DNA of 64,000 bases from Mobula birostris (taxonomy: Eukaryota), in NCBI RefSeq assembly GCF_030028105.1, contig NC_092382.1, positions 98,410,699 to 98,474,698 on the forward strand. The letters are read 5' to 3'. Position numbers and translations under genes: made by a program. Below are positions 60,861 through 64,000 of this stretch, piece by piece. The first letter of the stretch is position 1, and each line of letters starts with the position of its first letter. The notes under the pieces were generated by a model. It was not told the origin of the DNA, made no database searches, and was given only the letters and a program-made list of their open reading frames with translations.

Positions 60861-63509
60861 ATTCAGTTCACGACGCTCAGTTGAACTGACTTTATTTCTC
60901 ACATAGTTCACATACTTGAGGACGAAAAATCTTTACGACTCCGTCTAAATGTGAAATGTGTAATCATAGTCATTTATAATAATTTTGTAACTTAGAATGC
61001 AGTCAAATGAGCGTGAACTTATCGGACTGAGGGCCTGGTGGAAGATCATGTCCCGGAGCCTATTGGTCTTGGATTTTCTGCGGTGGGACGGTGTGCAAAA
61101 CCACTAGCCACCAGCAGCCAACCAGGAAAGCCTCCTTTTATTTCTTCTCCTTGTGTCCTGACAATCAGCCACTGTTTTATCCATTGTATCTATCGCAGAG
61201 CCTGATTGGATACTTGTCTCTTCTCTCGTTTGTCGACATTTATTTTACTTCCCTTCACCTCCTAAAATTGGTTTCGCCTGCCAACAAATACTGAGAAACT
61301 CCAATTAATGCAGTCGTCGTCACGGAGCACGTATACAGCCCGTCGGATCAACCAATGAATGCCGAGGTCGTATTGCTCTGATTCCCACCCCTCCAAGTAC
61401 CTCCACATTTGTTTCTTAACTGATACTATCGTCTCTTTCTCAACTGATACTATCGTCTCTGATATGTTTACACTTACTCTGAACTCCATCTACGTTACAT
61501 ATTTGCCCTTCCGTTCGCAACTGAAACTCTCTCTCTTATCTCTCGATCATATTTTACCTGCATTTGCCTCTTGGTGTTTCAGCTCGTTCCCGTAACACGA
61601 TATTCTTGAGAAATTTTCTTTAATCTGCCCTCCTCCATCACCTGAATGCATGGCCACAAGATTTAGATTCCCCTATCTTGGATCGCGAAAGACTCTTATC
61701 ATCCACCTTGACTACGTCTGTGCAACTTTAAAAGAAAGTGCTCCAAGTCCGTCCCTCGTTCTATTAAGTTCCAAGTAACAAAGTCCCGACATGGTCTACC
61801 AGTCTCCATACCTCAAGCCTTCTTGTGCAGGGTGCATGTCCGTCAATCTTTTCTCCACTTATTCCTGACCAACCGCACCTTTGCACGGTGACCAAATACA
61901 GTACTCAGTTTTACGAGTGCGCCCTCATCAACGGCTCAAAGAACTGCAACATGATCTCAAAGCGACTCTCCTGAAATCCGTGTCTGAGCAAGCCTGGCGG
62001 ACTGTACGCTACTTTTCTATTGCTGACATGGAATAGCTTTCTGAATAATTATCGAGAACATCTGCTTGCAGTCCGAGTCCAAGGACACTCAAAGCTGCTG
62101 TGCAGGTTGACTCTGTGGTGAAGAAGGCTTAAATATGACCTACCAACTGTCAGTTTTCTATCTATCCCCTAACGAATCCTTTTTGCTTGTAGAATGAGAG
62201 TGTCCTTCCATTTTCTTCACAGGCACATGTCTGTCTCAGCTTCTGCAGGCAGATGTGCAGAACAAGCCGTCGGGTATAATCAGGGCAGAGGCTGATCGTT
62301 TCTTGATAGGCCAGGGTAAGAAGAGTTACGGGGCAAAGCTGGAGATTTGGGCTGAGAGGAAAATTGGATCAGCCGTGATAAACTACAGAGCAGACTCGAT
62401 GTGCCAAATTGGCATAATTCTGCTCCAATATCTCATGGTCTGATGATCTGAATGTCAGGATAGTTTGGTGGACCATCCAATTCCTTGCGCGATTTGATCA
62501 AGGGGTAGGTGGTTATGTAGATGAAAGACGCGTTAGCCTTCATTTGAGGAGAGCTGGACACAGCTGGACTATTTTCTCCAGAACGGCGGTCCGCAGGAGC
62601 AAAATTCGGCCGTTGTCCTATTGCATCCATGAAAGAAAATCGCATATATGCTGCCTGTTCAGCTGAGTTTCTCCAGCATTTTGTGTGTGTTAATTCAACC
62701 TTCCAACATCAGTAGAGCTCCTGTGTTTATGATTTGCTGCTGCATTGCAAAGTTTTCACGGGGCAAAGTTACCTTGAAGAAATTTAAATCCTCATTTCAA
62801 AAGGATTTCATTGAGAGTCTCTCTCACTGATCCTCCTCTGGCCTATCAGATTCCTTCCTCACCCACCCTTTTCCTCCCCCAACCGACGGGCTTCACCTGT
62901 CATATTCTTACTATATTTGCATATGAATGTATCAAACAGTGGGGTTACTGAATTACCTGTTCACGAACGGGTGCTTCGGTCCAAGTCGACCACGCTGAAC
63001 ATTTTACTTATACCTCAACATCAGCAATCTTGGTGTTCTCTACTTTTTCTCTATATTCGTAAAAAATATAACCTTTTCACAAATCCTCTATCGTTTCGAA
63101 GCAATGTAGAGACCGAACTGTTGTATTAGTTTGACAAAGTTGTCAGTTCTCGGGCTAATTTGACAACCCATGCGCACTTTTACCAAGCTTCCTCAACATC
63201 CACAACCCCATCACGTTTCGGGTCCTCTGCAAGCGTATTTATGTGTCACCTACATTTTCATCCAAGTCAAACACCAGAGAATCTCCAACACATGTCAAAT
63301 GCAGACTGCAGAATGGTTGCCCTCTACCACGACCCTCTGTGCACAATCTCCGCACCAAATTTGAATGGATGCTGTGCCCTGAAGCTTCGTTTTCTGGATC
63401 ACCCTACCCGTTAAGGGTCCTTCTCCAAAGTCTGACATATAGTTCATTCTCAACGGTCGAGCCTCAGGTGCCGAATCTCAATGAATAAATAGACACCCGG
63501 TGTCTTTTC

Positions 63510-64000
63510 CTCAACAATCACCTTCCCCACATAACCAATGTACTCAATCCAATTCGACAGATTGACCGCCACTGCACCAAGTGTTCAAGAATTTATTTGA
63601 TTTCTCAGAAGGCATTGCGATGGCAATTGGTGCTTCAGACGTACGAACGACGATTGGACGAGTGGTTTTACGAGTGCGAGTTACTGAAATATTCCCTGGG
63701 TGACAGAGAATGTCGAAAGAACTCCGGAACAAATGGAGATTTGCAGACTTTCCACGCCAACTAGTCTCCCCGATCCGTTCAAAGGCTGAGGTTCCTGGAA
63801 CCAAAACTCTCGGCACAGGAAAGCTATTGAGCTACATCGGGCGTACCTGGGCAGGCGTTCGGGACGCACGGAATACCGGCAGGGGACAACGGTCGTATTA
63901 CATTGGTGATGTCAAAGCTTCGCATGCAAATAACGGTGGAATCAACCACTTGGTGGAAATGAGGGGAGGCATTACAGGGAACTCGTGAAGAAAGTAAACT
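63510..64000 (-). pseudogene. Second, inverted copy of the octamer-bearing V-like relic
   Basis: ATGCAAAT on plus at 63924-63931; acceptor CACCCAG; fragments ISVTRTRKTTR and IEYIGYV. Confidence 0.4.

Noticed and set aside
1-64000. D segments, constant exons, trypsinogen genes, CRISPR arrays or prokaryotic systems
   Set aside because: None seen. No 12/23-flanked short D and no C1-set exon; the repeats are vertebrate transposons and microsatellites.

Overview
Vertebrate genomic DNA containing an array of antigen-receptor V gene segments, most consistent with the T-cell receptor beta (TRB) V region of a cartilaginous fish, probably a ray. The taxon is inferred from the CR1, Rex1/Babar and palindromic repeat families and was not verified by a search. 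I can read 8 open V genes (leader exon, intron, V exon, 23-bp-spacer RSS), 5 clear V pseudogenes and several degraded relics, in both orientations. Most V exons end in YFCAWS and resemble mammalian TRBV30. One family ends in YYCAC/CAS with a CACAGAA heptamer. One segment (23223-23732, minus) is a divergent, cysteine-rich, Vdelta-like V. No D, C or convincing intact J exon is present. The intergenic DNA is mostly decayed CR1, Rex1/Babar, Tc1, HERO-like and SINE-like repeats, plus one near-complete CR1 ORF2. The most notable signals are: CTCF motifs exactly 39 bp beyond the RSS nonamer in three paralogues; a CACGGCG heptamer shared by three divergent V genes; a perfectly conserved CRE-like plus Ig-octamer element in two inverted, otherwise diverged V-like relics; and a possible 12-RSS/J-like remnant inside a 2.4-kb tandem duplication.
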